Source: an uncultured Candidatus Saccharibacteria bacterium (GTDB lineage: Bacteria > Patescibacteriota > Doudnabacteria > UBA920). From it: a DNA stretch of 64,000 nucleotides. The notes below the pieces were generated by a model. The model did no database searches. It was not told where the DNA came from and was given only the letters and a program-made list of their open reading frames with translations. Below are positions 9,116-17,581 of this stretch, one piece after another. The position numbers and the translations under genes are program-made. Every line of letters begins with the position of its first letter. The stretch's first letter is position 1. The stretch covers positions 1,189 to 65,188 of the forward strand of contig CAYYWQ010000001.1 of the NCBI GenBank assembly GCA_964474825.1, given 5' to 3'.

Positions 9116-10090
9116 ATGAAAAATATAGTTATTATTGGCGGAGGGACAGGAACATTTACTTTGCTTTCAGGCCTTCGTAAGTTTCCTTCTAACAATTCAG
9201 TAATAGTATCTTCTGCGGATGACGGGGGGAGTACGGGAGAGCTTCGTAAAGATTTAGGCGTGTTTCCTCCCGGGGACATTCGCCAGTGTTTGGTTGGCCT
9301 TTCCTATACAGAAAGCGAAATGAGAGAATTATTTTCTTACCGTTTTGAAGCCGGGTCTTTAAAAGGACATAACGTTGGAAATATTATTCTTGCTGCTTTA
9401 GAAAAAACTACGGGCAGCATTGAAAAGGCTATTGAGCTTGCTGGAAAAATGTTAAATGTTCGCGGCCAGGTTCTGCCTGGGAGTTTAAAGCCAACTGTGC
9501 TTTCTGCGGTTTTGGAAAATGGTAAAGTTCTAACAGGGGAGCATAATATAGATGACAGGACTCCAAGTGGTAAAGCTTCCCCAATCAAAAATTTAAAACT
9601 ATCAGCTGCTACCGCCAATCCTAAAGCCATAAAAGCTTTACTGGAAGCCGATGCTATTGTTTTTGGCCCAGGAGATTTATATACCAGTATTTTGCCCAAT
9701 TTGTTGGTTAAAGGAGTTAAAGAGGCCATACAAAAGTCCAAAGCCCAAAAGGTTTTTGTAACAAATATTATGACGCGGTTTGGGCAGAGCGACGGCTTTA
9801 GAGCAAGTGATTTTGTTTCGGTGTTGGAAAGCTATTTAGGGTGTAAAATTGACGTTGCGGTTATTAACAATAAAAAACCCTCCTCAGTTTGGCTAAAAAA
9901 ATACAAAAGCCAAAAAGCGCAGTTTGTTGAGCCCAATGCCGTAGTGATTGAGAAAATGGGCACTAAAGTTGTTAAAGCGGACCTTCTTTCCAGTAACGTG
10001 TTTCAAAAATCTTCTGCCGATGTTTTGCAAAGAAGTTTTCTTAGACACGACAGTGACAAGTTAGCCAAATTAATTTGGGGATTACTTTAA
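9116..10090 (+). CDS. YvcK/CofD-family (UPF0052, gluconeogenesis factor / 2-phospho-L-lactate transferase-like) protein
   Basis: N-terminal IVIIGGGTGTFTLLSGLRKF plus an SSADDGGSTGELR motif, characteristic of the CofD/YvcK family. Confidence 0.75.
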   Translation: MKNIVIIGGGTGTFTLLSGLRKFPSNNSVIVSSADDGGSTGELRKDLGVFPPGDIRQCLVGLSYTESEMRELFSYRFEAGSLKGHNVGNIILAALEKTTGSIEKAIELAGKMLNVRGQVLPGSLKPTVLSAVLENGKVLTGEHNIDDRTPSGKASPIKNLKLSAATANPKAIKALLEADAIVFGPGDLYTSILPNLLVKGVKEAIQKSKAQKVFVTNIMTRFGQSDGFRASDFVSVLESYLGCKIDVAVINNKKPSSVWLKKYKSQKAQFVEPNAVVIEKMGTKVVKADLLSSNVFQKSSADVLQRSFLRHDSDKLAKLIWGLL

Positions 10091-10091
10091 T

Positions 10092-10424
10092 ATGGAATTT
10101 AAAAAGGAAACCGTCAAAGAAGCTTTTGCTGTAAAACTTACAGCCCATGAAGGGGGTAAGGAAGTAGGGCGGGCGTTTTTGTATGTGTTAAAAAATGATT
10201 TGCACAAAGAGCCCTTTGGTTTTTTGGAAGACGTTTATGTAGAAGAGGAATATAGGAAACACGGCATTGGCTCCCAGCTTGTGGAAAAGGCTATAGCAGA
10301 AGCTAAAGAACAAGGCTGCTATAAATTAATTGGTAACAGTAGAATGGCCAAAGAAAATGTCCATGCTTTTTACGAACGCTTAGGCCTAAAAAAACATGGG
10401 TACGAGTTTAGGATGGATATATGA
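10092..10424 (+). CDS. GNAT-family N-acetyltransferase
   Basis: Acetyl-CoA binding motif EYRKHGIGSQLVEKAI (R/Q-x-x-G-x-G/A). Length 110 aa. Confidence 0.6.
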   Translation: MEFKKETVKEAFAVKLTAHEGGKEVGRAFLYVLKNDLHKEPFGFLEDVYVEEEYRKHGIGSQLVEKAIAEAKEQGCYKLIGNSRMAKENVHAFYERLGLKKHGYEFRMDI

Positions 10425-11164
10425 GGAATCAGATTGTAATCTTGGCCGCGGGTAAAGGAACCAGAATGGGGCAGAGTAATGTGCCTAAGGTTTTGGTAAT
10501 GCTCCAAAACAAGCCTTTAATTTTGTATTTACTGCACCAATTAGACAAAATTACCCAGCTAATTAAGCCAGTGGTGGTTGTTGGCTATATGTCGGAGAAG
10601 GTGGTGGGGGTGCTAGGGGATGACTATAAATTTGCTTACCAGCAAAAGCAGCTCGGTACGGCTCACGCGCTTTTGTGTGCAAAGCCAAAAATTAAAGCTG
10701 ACAACATTTTAGTGCTGTATGGCGATATGCCGTTTATACAAGCAGGCAGTTTAAAAGAATTTATTAAAATGCATTTACATAGCGGCAGCAACATAAGTAT
10801 GATGTCAGCCCAAGCGCCGGATTTTAAAGGCAAGTTCTCCTCTCTGGAACATTACGGCCGTGTACTGCGTGATGCCTTTCATAATATTATTGGAATTGTT
10901 GAACACAAAGACGCCTCTCTGGTCCAGCGGAAAATAAAAGAAGTTAACCCGGCTATATATATGTTCAACACCAAGTGGCTGTGGCAGCACTTAAAAAAAG
11001 TTGGCAATAAAAATTCGCAAAAAGAATATTATTTAACCGATATTGTGCAAATAGCTATTGAGCACGGAGAAAAAGTTGGCTCGCTGTTAATAAGTCCACA
11101 AGAGGCTATTGGGATAAATAGTAAAGAAGACTTGGTTATAGCAGAGAAATTACTGCAAGATTAG
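10421..11164 (+). CDS. Sugar-phosphate nucleotidyltransferase (GlmU N-terminal-like)
   Basis: ILAAGKGTRM signature motif at the N-terminus, and LVLYGDMP. The gene overlaps the upstream stop (ATGA). Confidence 0.65.
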   Translation: MRNQIVILAAGKGTRMGQSNVPKVLVMLQNKPLILYLLHQLDKITQLIKPVVVVGYMSEKVVGVLGDDYKFAYQQKQLGTAHALLCAKPKIKADNILVLYGDMPFIQAGSLKEFIKMHLHSGSNISMMSAQAPDFKGKFSSLEHYGRVLRDAFHNIIGIVEHKDASLVQRKIKEVNPAIYMFNTKWLWQHLKKVGNKNSQKEYYLTDIVQIAIEHGEKVGSLLISPQEAIGINSKEDLVIAEKLLQD

Positions 11165-11223
11165 AGTGCTGTGTTTGCCCTACGTAGTCCCTTTAGGCAC
11201 GAAGTAGGGGATATCATACGAAT

Positions 11224-11251
11224 TTCCCCCTTAAATAAAAGGGGGATTTTT
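11224..11251 (+). terminator. Rho-independent terminator
   Basis: Stem ccccc ttaaataaaa ggggg followed by atttttag. Confidence 0.6.
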
Positions 11252-11517
11252 AGTGTATTTGGGTTGACCTGAAATAGTATGATAATGTATGATAATATCA
11301 TATAGAGCCTTAAAAAGGGTAGGTGTGGGGACCTAAAACAAAAACTTTTAGGCCCCGCCATCTGCCTTTTCCAGCTTAATGTTTGGCGGTAAGTTATAGA
11401 ACCAAGAGACTTGGTTTTGTAATCTGCCGCCAACCACGTTGTTGGTATCGCCGGCAGAACCCCAATTTGTAGGAGGGGTGGATGCATAAGGTCAAATTTT
11501 TATAAGGGAGAAAGTAG

Positions 11518-12729
11518 TTGGACATACGCCTCAGTTCCACTCTTGGTCAGTTGCAACCGTTGGTCTATCCTCGCTTGGAGAAGGCCAGACTCAACGCCAA
11601 GGCAAAGTTCGGTTCGACCGGAGTCATTAAGTTGACTATCGGAAGTCCCGATCGCCCTGCGCCTGAGAAGATCCGGCAGAAGCTTTCTGCTTCAGCCCAA
11701 GACGCAGAGAAGTATCATTATTCTCTGCCGGCATTCGGTTCACCGGAGCTGCTTAGAGGGGCTTCGGACTATCTGTTTCGCATGGACGAAACACGGCTCA
11801 ATCCCAAAACCCAGATTGTCGGTTTGCCGGGAAGCCGTTACGCAATTGCCGCTGCCATTCGCACGATGATCGATCCAGGGGATTCGGTTTTGGTCCCTGG
11901 GTTCGGCTATCCCGCTTATCGCAACGGTGTTTTGTTGGCTCACGGTCAGGTTGTATACTACTCTGTGAAGCCCACTCTCGACCAATTCGAGCAGATTTAC
12001 AACGCGTATTACAGCGTTGAGCCTGCTCCGCGTGTCCTTGCCGTTTGCTCTCCAGGTAACCCCGCTGGACAGATCAATGAAGAAGACTTCTTCCGGAAGA
12101 TCGTTGCGTTTGCCAAAGAGAACGATCTGTTGATTATTTCGGACGAGGCATATCGGCGGACCTGCTTTGATGGCTTACGGGCACCGGGGTTGATGGAATT
12201 CGACGGAGAAGAGGTTGGAATTTCGACCTGGACTCTGTCCAAGACCATTGATATTCCTGGTCCTCGCGTTGCTTTCGTTCACGGCAACCAGACCATCTGC
12301 GCCGGCCTGAAGAAGATGCATAGCATGTTATTTTATGGAATCTTCCAGGCTATTGAGGATGCTGCAGTAGTAGGACTGGCCGCCGAATTCGACGAGTTTC
12401 CAACGGAAACAGCAGCTATCTATCAGCGACGGCGGGACTTGGTGTGCAACATCTTCGACGCCGCCGGGTTGAATTACATCCGGCCACAAGGCGGAATGTT
12501 TGTTGCTCTGGAAATCCCTAACCGGGGAGATCGGAGCAGTATTGATGTTGCCGCTGAGGTGCTCGAAGCCACCGGCGTTGAGGTGGTTGCAGGAGAAATG
12601 TTCGGACCCGACGGCGAGGACTATCTCCGCATCGCTCTGGTGCAGTCTGATGAGATTATGGAGGATGGTTGCCTGAAGCTCGCAGCTCATTTTCCGGAGA
12701 GCGTCAGAACTCGCGCACGTTTGACCTGA
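11518..12729 (+). CDS. Class I/II (fold type I) PLP-dependent aminotransferase, aspartate/LL-DAP aminotransferase-like. GC-rich foreign-looking gene with a TTG start.
   Basis: 403-aa ORF with aminotransferase class I architecture, including a TLSKT region near the PLP-lysine position. Composition is clearly higher-GC than its neighbours. The start codon is TTG, preceded by gggagaaagtag. Confidence 0.75.
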   Translation: MDIRLSSTLGQLQPLVYPRLEKARLNAKAKFGSTGVIKLTIGSPDRPAPEKIRQKLSASAQDAEKYHYSLPAFGSPELLRGASDYLFRMDETRLNPKTQIVGLPGSRYAIAAAIRTMIDPGDSVLVPGFGYPAYRNGVLLAHGQVVYYSVKPTLDQFEQIYNAYYSVEPAPRVLAVCSPGNPAGQINEEDFFRKIVAFAKENDLLIISDEAYRRTCFDGLRAPGLMEFDGEEVGISTWTLSKTIDIPGPRVAFVHGNQTICAGLKKMHSMLFYGIFQAIEDAAVVGLAAEFDEFPTETAAIYQRRRDLVCNIFDAAGLNYIRPQGGMFVALEIPNRGDRSSIDVAAEVLEATGVEVVAGEMFGPDGEDYLRIALVQSDEIMEDGCLKLAAHFPESVRTRARLT

Positions 12730-12923
12730 TACTCTGGGCGGCGGTTGGTGGATTTTAGCTAGATCCTTCCATACCTCCGCCCTTTGCCCTTTTCTGGAAA
12801 GTTTTTAAAAAGTATGATATCATCATACAGGACATATTAGCATCTTATCATTTTAACATTTTATCATTCTGGTTTCGCAGTTTGATAAAATGATAGTATG
12901 ATAGCATGTTAAAATGATTTTTT

Positions 12924-13766
12924 ATGAATCGTGAACGTTTAACAATTACACTTCGGTCCGACTTGCTTAAGTCGCTGGACTCTTTAATAGACGGCGAGAG
13001 ACTTAGGAACCGCAGCCATGCTATTGAGTATTTTTTGTCGCGCTCTATGGGGGCCAAGAGCGTGAAGGTTTTAATTTTAGCCGGCGGTAAGCCTGTGTAT
13101 TTTGAAAGTGAAAAAAAGAGTTTGCCAAAGACTATGGTTAAAATTGCGGGCAAGCCTTTGCTGGAACAGACTTTGCATAGGCTAAAGGCTTCTAAGTTTA
13201 CAGACATTACTATTTCCATAGGAGAAGGTGGCGAAAGTATAAAAAATTATTTTGGCGACGGCAGCAACATGGGTATAAAAATTAGCTACTTGGAGCAAAA
13301 ATCCCAGAGCGCGGGCAATGCCCAGCCTTTGCTTCAGGCGAAAGAGCATCTTGGCGGCAGCGACTTTCTGATGCTTTATGGTGATGTGCTTTCCGACATA
13401 GATTACAACGATTTTGTAGAATTTCATCGTAGCCAAAAATCTTCAGTCTGCACCATGGCTCTAACCAGCACTGAGTCCGTAGACATGTGGGGCTTGGCGA
13501 GGCTTCAGGGCAATAGAGTAGTGGAGTTTGAAGAAAAGCCCAAAAACCCTAAAACGTTTTCGCGTTTAATTAACGCAGGTATTTACATGATGGAAGCGGA
13601 AATTTTTAAATACATTAGCGGGCAAACAGGAAAATTGGAAGGCCAGGTCTTTCCACGTTTGGCAGAGGAAGGAAAACTGAGCGGATATCCTTTTGAAGGT
13701 TTGTGGCTGGACATTAACAGTAGTGCAGCTTACCGACAAGCGGTTAAGCAAGTTAAAAGTTTATAA
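12924..13766 (+). CDS. Ribbon-helix-helix (CopG/NikR-like) domain fused to a sugar-phosphate nucleotidyltransferase
   Basis: N-terminal RLTITLRSDLLKSLDSLIDGERLRNRSHAIEYFLSRS has a beta-strand + two-helix RHH pattern. It is followed by VLILAGG...LMLYGDVLSDIDY, matching the NTP_transferase fold. Confidence 0.65.
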   Translation: MNRERLTITLRSDLLKSLDSLIDGERLRNRSHAIEYFLSRSMGAKSVKVLILAGGKPVYFESEKKSLPKTMVKIAGKPLLEQTLHRLKASKFTDITISIGEGGESIKNYFGDGSNMGIKISYLEQKSQSAGNAQPLLQAKEHLGGSDFLMLYGDVLSDIDYNDFVEFHRSQKSSVCTMALTSTESVDMWGLARLQGNRVVEFEEKPKNPKTFSRLINAGIYMMEAEIFKYISGQTGKLEGQVFPRLAEEGKLSGYPFEGLWLDINSSAAYRQAVKQVKSL

Positions 13767-13792
13767 AGTTTATAAAGTTAAAAAGGAGAAAC

Positions 13793-14818
13793 ATGGCTAA
13801 AACAACATCTGGCAAAACAAAAATAGCATTAAATGGACTCGGTCGGATTGGCAGAGTTTTTTTACGCATTGCTTATAACAATCCAAATTTTGAAATAGTG
13901 GCCGCGCATAGCAGAAGCCCTTTAGAAATGTACGCGCATCTTTTAAAATACGACACCACCTACGGCACTTGGGACAAGGAAGTTAGGGCAGAGGGCAGTA
14001 ATTTAATAATCGATGGTGTCCGAATTCCTTATGTCCAGGACGAAGGCGGAAAATTGCCTTGGAAAAAATTGGGGGTAGATTTACTGCTAGACGCTACAGG
14101 TAATGCCACCAAAAGGGACAAAGCTTCCCAGCACTTAAAAGACGGGGCAAAATTTGTTGTTGTAACTGCGCCAATGGACGACGCGGACGAAACTTTTGTG
14201 TTTGCGGCCAACCACACAAAGTTTAACCCGGCTAAGCATAAAATTATTTCTGCCGCTTCCTGCACAACGGTTTGCAGCGCTTTAACTATAAAAGTTTTAG
14301 AAGAAAATTTTGGCGTAAAGCAAGGGTTTATAAATACCGTGCACGCGGTTACCAGCGACCAAAGCCTGCTGGACGGCTCCCATAAAGATTTACGTCGCGC
14401 CCGTTCCGCAATGGAGTCCATTATTCCTACTACCACTGGGGTTAGTAAAACTATTATCAAGCTGTACCCGCACCTTAAGGGAAAAATTTCTGCATTGTCC
14501 CTACGTGTTCCTGTGCAAAACCCTTCTATTGTTGTTTTAACCGCGGAACTAAAAAAACCAACCACTTTGGCCGGTTTGAATAAAGCTTTTACAGAAGCCT
14601 CTCAGGGCGAGTTAAAGAGTCATTTAGCTGTTTCTAATTTGCCTTTAGTGTCTACAGATTTCCGCGGCAACCCTAACGGTGCAATAATAGATTTGTTAAG
14701 TAATGAATTAGTAGACGGAAAACTGGCAAACGTTTTAGCCTGGTATGACAATGAGTGGGGATATGTAACGCAGATGTCAAAACTTGTAGAGTATGTTAGC
14801 CAGAGAATTAGAGACTAG
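13793..14818 (+). CDS. gap: Glyceraldehyde-3-phosphate dehydrogenase (type I)
   Basis: NGLGRIGR NAD-binding motif, catalytic ASCTTVC, and a C-terminal WYDNEWGY. Confidence 0.85.
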   Translation: MAKTTSGKTKIALNGLGRIGRVFLRIAYNNPNFEIVAAHSRSPLEMYAHLLKYDTTYGTWDKEVRAEGSNLIIDGVRIPYVQDEGGKLPWKKLGVDLLLDATGNATKRDKASQHLKDGAKFVVVTAPMDDADETFVFAANHTKFNPAKHKIISAASCTTVCSALTIKVLEENFGVKQGFINTVHAVTSDQSLLDGSHKDLRRARSAMESIIPTTTGVSKTIIKLYPHLKGKISALSLRVPVQNPSIVVLTAELKKPTTLAGLNKAFTEASQGELKSHLAVSNLPLVSTDFRGNPNGAIIDLLSNELVDGKLANVLAWYDNEWGYVTQMSKLVEYVSQRIRD

Positions 14819-14850
14819 AAAAAAGCTCGCCTAATGGGCGAGCTTTTTTA
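14818..14850. terminator. Bidirectional rho-independent terminator between gap (+) and the IMPase gene (-)
   Basis: The sequence aaaaaagctcgcctaatgggcgagcttttttaa has A- and T-runs on both flanks. Confidence 0.7.
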
Positions 14851-15613
14851 ATACCTTAAGTAATTGCGAATGAATTTTTCCGTTGCTGGCTACTACTGAG
14901 CGTGTAGTTAGGGTTACTGGTTTGCCTTGCCAATCTGTGGCTTTGCCACCAGCTTCAGTTGTTATGAGTATAGCCGCGCCGTAGTCCCAGACATTAATGT
15001 CGTAACTTATTTGAAAATCATAATTGCCGCCGCCTACTAAACCAATTTGCCAGGCAGAACTGGCTAAAATCCTTAGCTTTCTGCAAACGTCTGCCATAAG
15101 CGTAAAAAGTTTTAGGCCATCCTCTACTTTTAGCCAGCCCACGCCGCCTAGCGCGTGAAGGAGTCTGTTTTCTTTGGAAACTGTAACTGGTTTGGAGTTA
15201 AGTTTTGCGCCTTGGCCTCTGGCTGCGCTAAACATTTGGTTGAGCACGGGGTTGTATAACACGGCGGCCAAAGGGCCCTGGTTGTCCCAAAGGGCAATGG
15301 AAATGCAGCAAAAGGGAATGCCTTGAATGTAATTTGTAGTCCCGTCTATTGGGTCTAGTATCCAAACCAGGTCGTTTTTACCAACCTCGTCTTTAGAAAA
15401 TTCTTCGCCAATAATTTTGTGCGTGGGAAATTTTTTATGCAGAGTTTTTCTAATTTGAGTTTCAATTTTTTTGTCGACCTCGGTTACTAAATCCCGAAAG
15501 TCGTTGTTCTTCATTTGAATATCTGCAGCTTTACCAAAGAATTTTTTAAAAACAGGACCGGCCTTTTTTGCCGAGAGTATAGCGGTTTTTAGGTAAATTT
15601 CAGAATTATTCAT
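14831..15613 (-). CDS. Inositol monophosphatase family protein (SuhB-like)
   Basis: WILDPIDGT motif and a downstream WDYGAA metal-binding motif. Confidence 0.8.
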   Translation of the reverse strand: MNNSEIYLKTAILSAKKAGPVFKKFFGKAADIQMKNNDFRDLVTEVDKKIETQIRKTLHKKFPTHKIIGEEFSKDEVGKNDLVWILDPIDGTTNYIQGIPFCCISIALWDNQGPLAAVLYNPVLNQMFSAARGQGAKLNSKPVTVSKENRLLHALGGVGWLKVEDGLKLFTLMADVCRKLRILASSAWQIGLVGGGNYDFQISYDINVWDYGAAILITTEAGGKATDWQGKPVTLTTRSVVASNGKIHSQLLKVLKKLAH

Positions 15614-15654
15614 ATCTCTTATTATATATTAAATGATGGTATAATACCATAGTT

Positions 15655-16920
15655 ATGAGAATAATTGCGGATCTTCAAATACATTCAAAATATTCTAGGG
15701 CCTGCAGTCAAGACTTAAATCCTTACACTATTGGTGCGTGGGCTGACAAGAAAGGTATTGCTGTTGTTGGTACCGGAGACTTTACTCATCCGCGATGGCT
15801 TTTGGAACTTAAAGAAGCTTTGGAAGAAGTTAAACCGGGGCTTTATAGGCTGAAAGATAAATCCGCCGCCGCTTATTTTATGCTCACTGCCGAGGTGTCG
15901 AGCATTTACAAACAAGGGGACAAAGTGCGAAGGATTCATAATATGATTTTTGCTCCTAACTTTTCAGCAGTAGACAAAATCATTATGAGTTTAGAAAAGA
16001 GAGGGGCAAACTTAAAGGCAGACGGCAGGCCAATAATGGGTGTGCATTGTGACGATTTGGTAAAAATAGCCAAGGAGGCCAACTCAAACATAGAAATAAT
16101 TCCAGCTCATGCGTGGACGCCGCATTTTGGAGTGTTTGGCAGTTTGTCGGGTTTTAACAGTATAGAAGAAGCATTTGGTGACCAGGCTAAATATATTAAA
16201 GCTATTGAAACTGGCTTATCATCCGATCCCAAAATGAACTGGCAAATTAGCGGGCTAGATAAATATTCTTTAACTTCCAATTCCGACGCACATAGTTTGC
16301 GTAAGTTAGGGAGAGAGGCGAATGTTTTTGAAATTGCGGAAGACAAGCTATCTTATGCAGAAATTATTAGTACTTTGTATAGTAAAGACCCAACCAGGTT
16401 TTTATACACCTTGGAGTTTTTTCCGGAGGAGGGAAAGTACCACTTAGATGGCCATCGTGATTGTAAATTTTCCTGCCTGCCCGCACAGACAAAAAAACTA
16501 AAAGGCATTTGCCCGGTTTGCGGTAAAAAATTATTAGTAGGAGTTTTAAATAGAGTAGAAGAATTGGCAGACAGGAAATATGGCTTTACGCCGCAAAGAG
16601 CAGTGCCATTTAAGAGCGTAATTCCTTTGGAAGAAATTATTGCAGAAACTTTAGACGTGGGAACGGGGAGTAAAAAAGTTGTGGCCCAATATGAAGCCAT
16701 GGTTGCTAAAAAACCAGAATTTGAAATTTTGTTAGATTTAAGTGAAGACCAGATTATTCAAATATCATCAGCCGACATCGCAACAAGCGTAATACGAGTG
16801 AGAAACGGTCAGGTTAAGGTAGAAGCCGGGTATGACGGCTTGTTTGGTAAAATCCACATATTCGGAGAAGGCGAGAGGGAAAAAATCTTAAAAAAGCCAA
16901 AACAAATGGGATTATTTTGA
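15655..16920 (+). CDS. Endonuclease Q-like (PHP-domain nuclease with C-terminal zinc ribbon)
   Basis: IADLQIHSKYSRA, VGTGDFTHPRW, GKYHLDGHRDC and CPVCGKKLLVGVLNRVEELAD line up with the conserved blocks of archaeal EndoQ. The corresponding EndoQ blocks are DLHIHSHYSKA, VGTGDSLNPHW, GKYHLTACSRC and CPKCGG...RILELAD. Confidence 0.7.
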   Translation: MRIIADLQIHSKYSRACSQDLNPYTIGAWADKKGIAVVGTGDFTHPRWLLELKEALEEVKPGLYRLKDKSAAAYFMLTAEVSSIYKQGDKVRRIHNMIFAPNFSAVDKIIMSLEKRGANLKADGRPIMGVHCDDLVKIAKEANSNIEIIPAHAWTPHFGVFGSLSGFNSIEEAFGDQAKYIKAIETGLSSDPKMNWQISGLDKYSLTSNSDAHSLRKLGREANVFEIAEDKLSYAEIISTLYSKDPTRFLYTLEFFPEEGKYHLDGHRDCKFSCLPAQTKKLKGICPVCGKKLLVGVLNRVEELADRKYGFTPQRAVPFKSVIPLEEIIAETLDVGTGSKKVVAQYEAMVAKKPEFEILLDLSEDQIIQISSADIATSVIRVRNGQVKVEAGYDGLFGKIHIFGEGEREKILKKPKQMGLF

Positions 16921-16942
16921 GTTTTTTGGTATAATGAATTAA

Positions 16943-17581
16943 ATGGAAAATTTACTTACTACTATTTACTTGGTTCGTCATGGCGAAACTAAAGCCAATT
17001 TTGAGAAGGTTATTGCCGGGCATTTTGACAGCCCTTTAACTGAGAAAGGTAAACAGCAGGCAAGGGAACGCGGAAAACTCCTTCAAGCAGTTAAGTTTGA
17101 CGCGGTTTTTTCTTCCGATCTAATACGTGCCAGGGAAACGGCGGAGTTAATTTCCGTTGACAGGAAGCTTGCCGTAAATACCACAAGGTTAATCCGGGAA
17201 AGATATTTTGGCCACTGGGAAGGGCAAAAAGAAGAATTATTCCGAGAGGAAAATAAACAGTTATTTGAATTCAAGAAAAACTTATCGGAACAGCAAAAGA
17301 GGGATTTTAAATACAGTTACGCTTACGAAAGCGATAATGACATTGCTAGCAGGATGTTACTCTTTTTAAGAGAAATCGCAGTAACTTTCTTGGGTAAAAC
17401 TGTATTGATTGTGGCGCACGGCTCAATCATGAGGGGATTGTTAATGCATTTGGGGTTTGCTGTCAGCGATGAATTGCCGGCGGGGGCAATAGAAAATACG
17501 GGTTATGTAGTTTTGGAGTCCGATGGAGTAGACTTTTTTATTAAAGAAACGAAGGGTATAAATAAACGAACACATGAATAA
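16943..17581 (+). CDS. Histidine phosphatase family protein (phosphoglycerate mutase-like)
   Basis: IYLVRHGETKAN and a later VAHGSIMRGL. The gene overlaps the pyk start. Confidence 0.7.
   Translation: MENLLTTIYLVRHGETKANFEKVIAGHFDSPLTEKGKQQARERGKLLQAVKFDAVFSSDLIRARETAELISVDRKLAVNTTRLIRERYFGHWEGQKEELFREENKQLFEFKKNLSEQQKRDFKYSYAYESDNDIASRMLLFLREIAVTFLGKTVLIVAHGSIMRGLLMHLGFAVSDELPAGAIENTGYVVLESDGVDFFIKETKGINKRTHE

Noticed and set aside
11161-11487. 108-aa minus-strand ORF in the intergenic region between the GlmU-like gene and the aminotransferase
   Set aside because: It spans a rho-independent terminator (11224-11251), the ATGATA boxes and several hairpins. It has no RBS and a low-complexity translation. 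It is more likely non-coding regulatory or spacer DNA.
15630-15650. 7-bp-arm palindrome ATGGTAT-A-ATACCAT between the divergent IMPase and EndoQ-like genes
   Set aside because: It contains a TATAAT -10 hexamer and is most simply a promoter. Palindromy of this length around an AT-rich -10 occurs by chance, so it is not reported as an operator.
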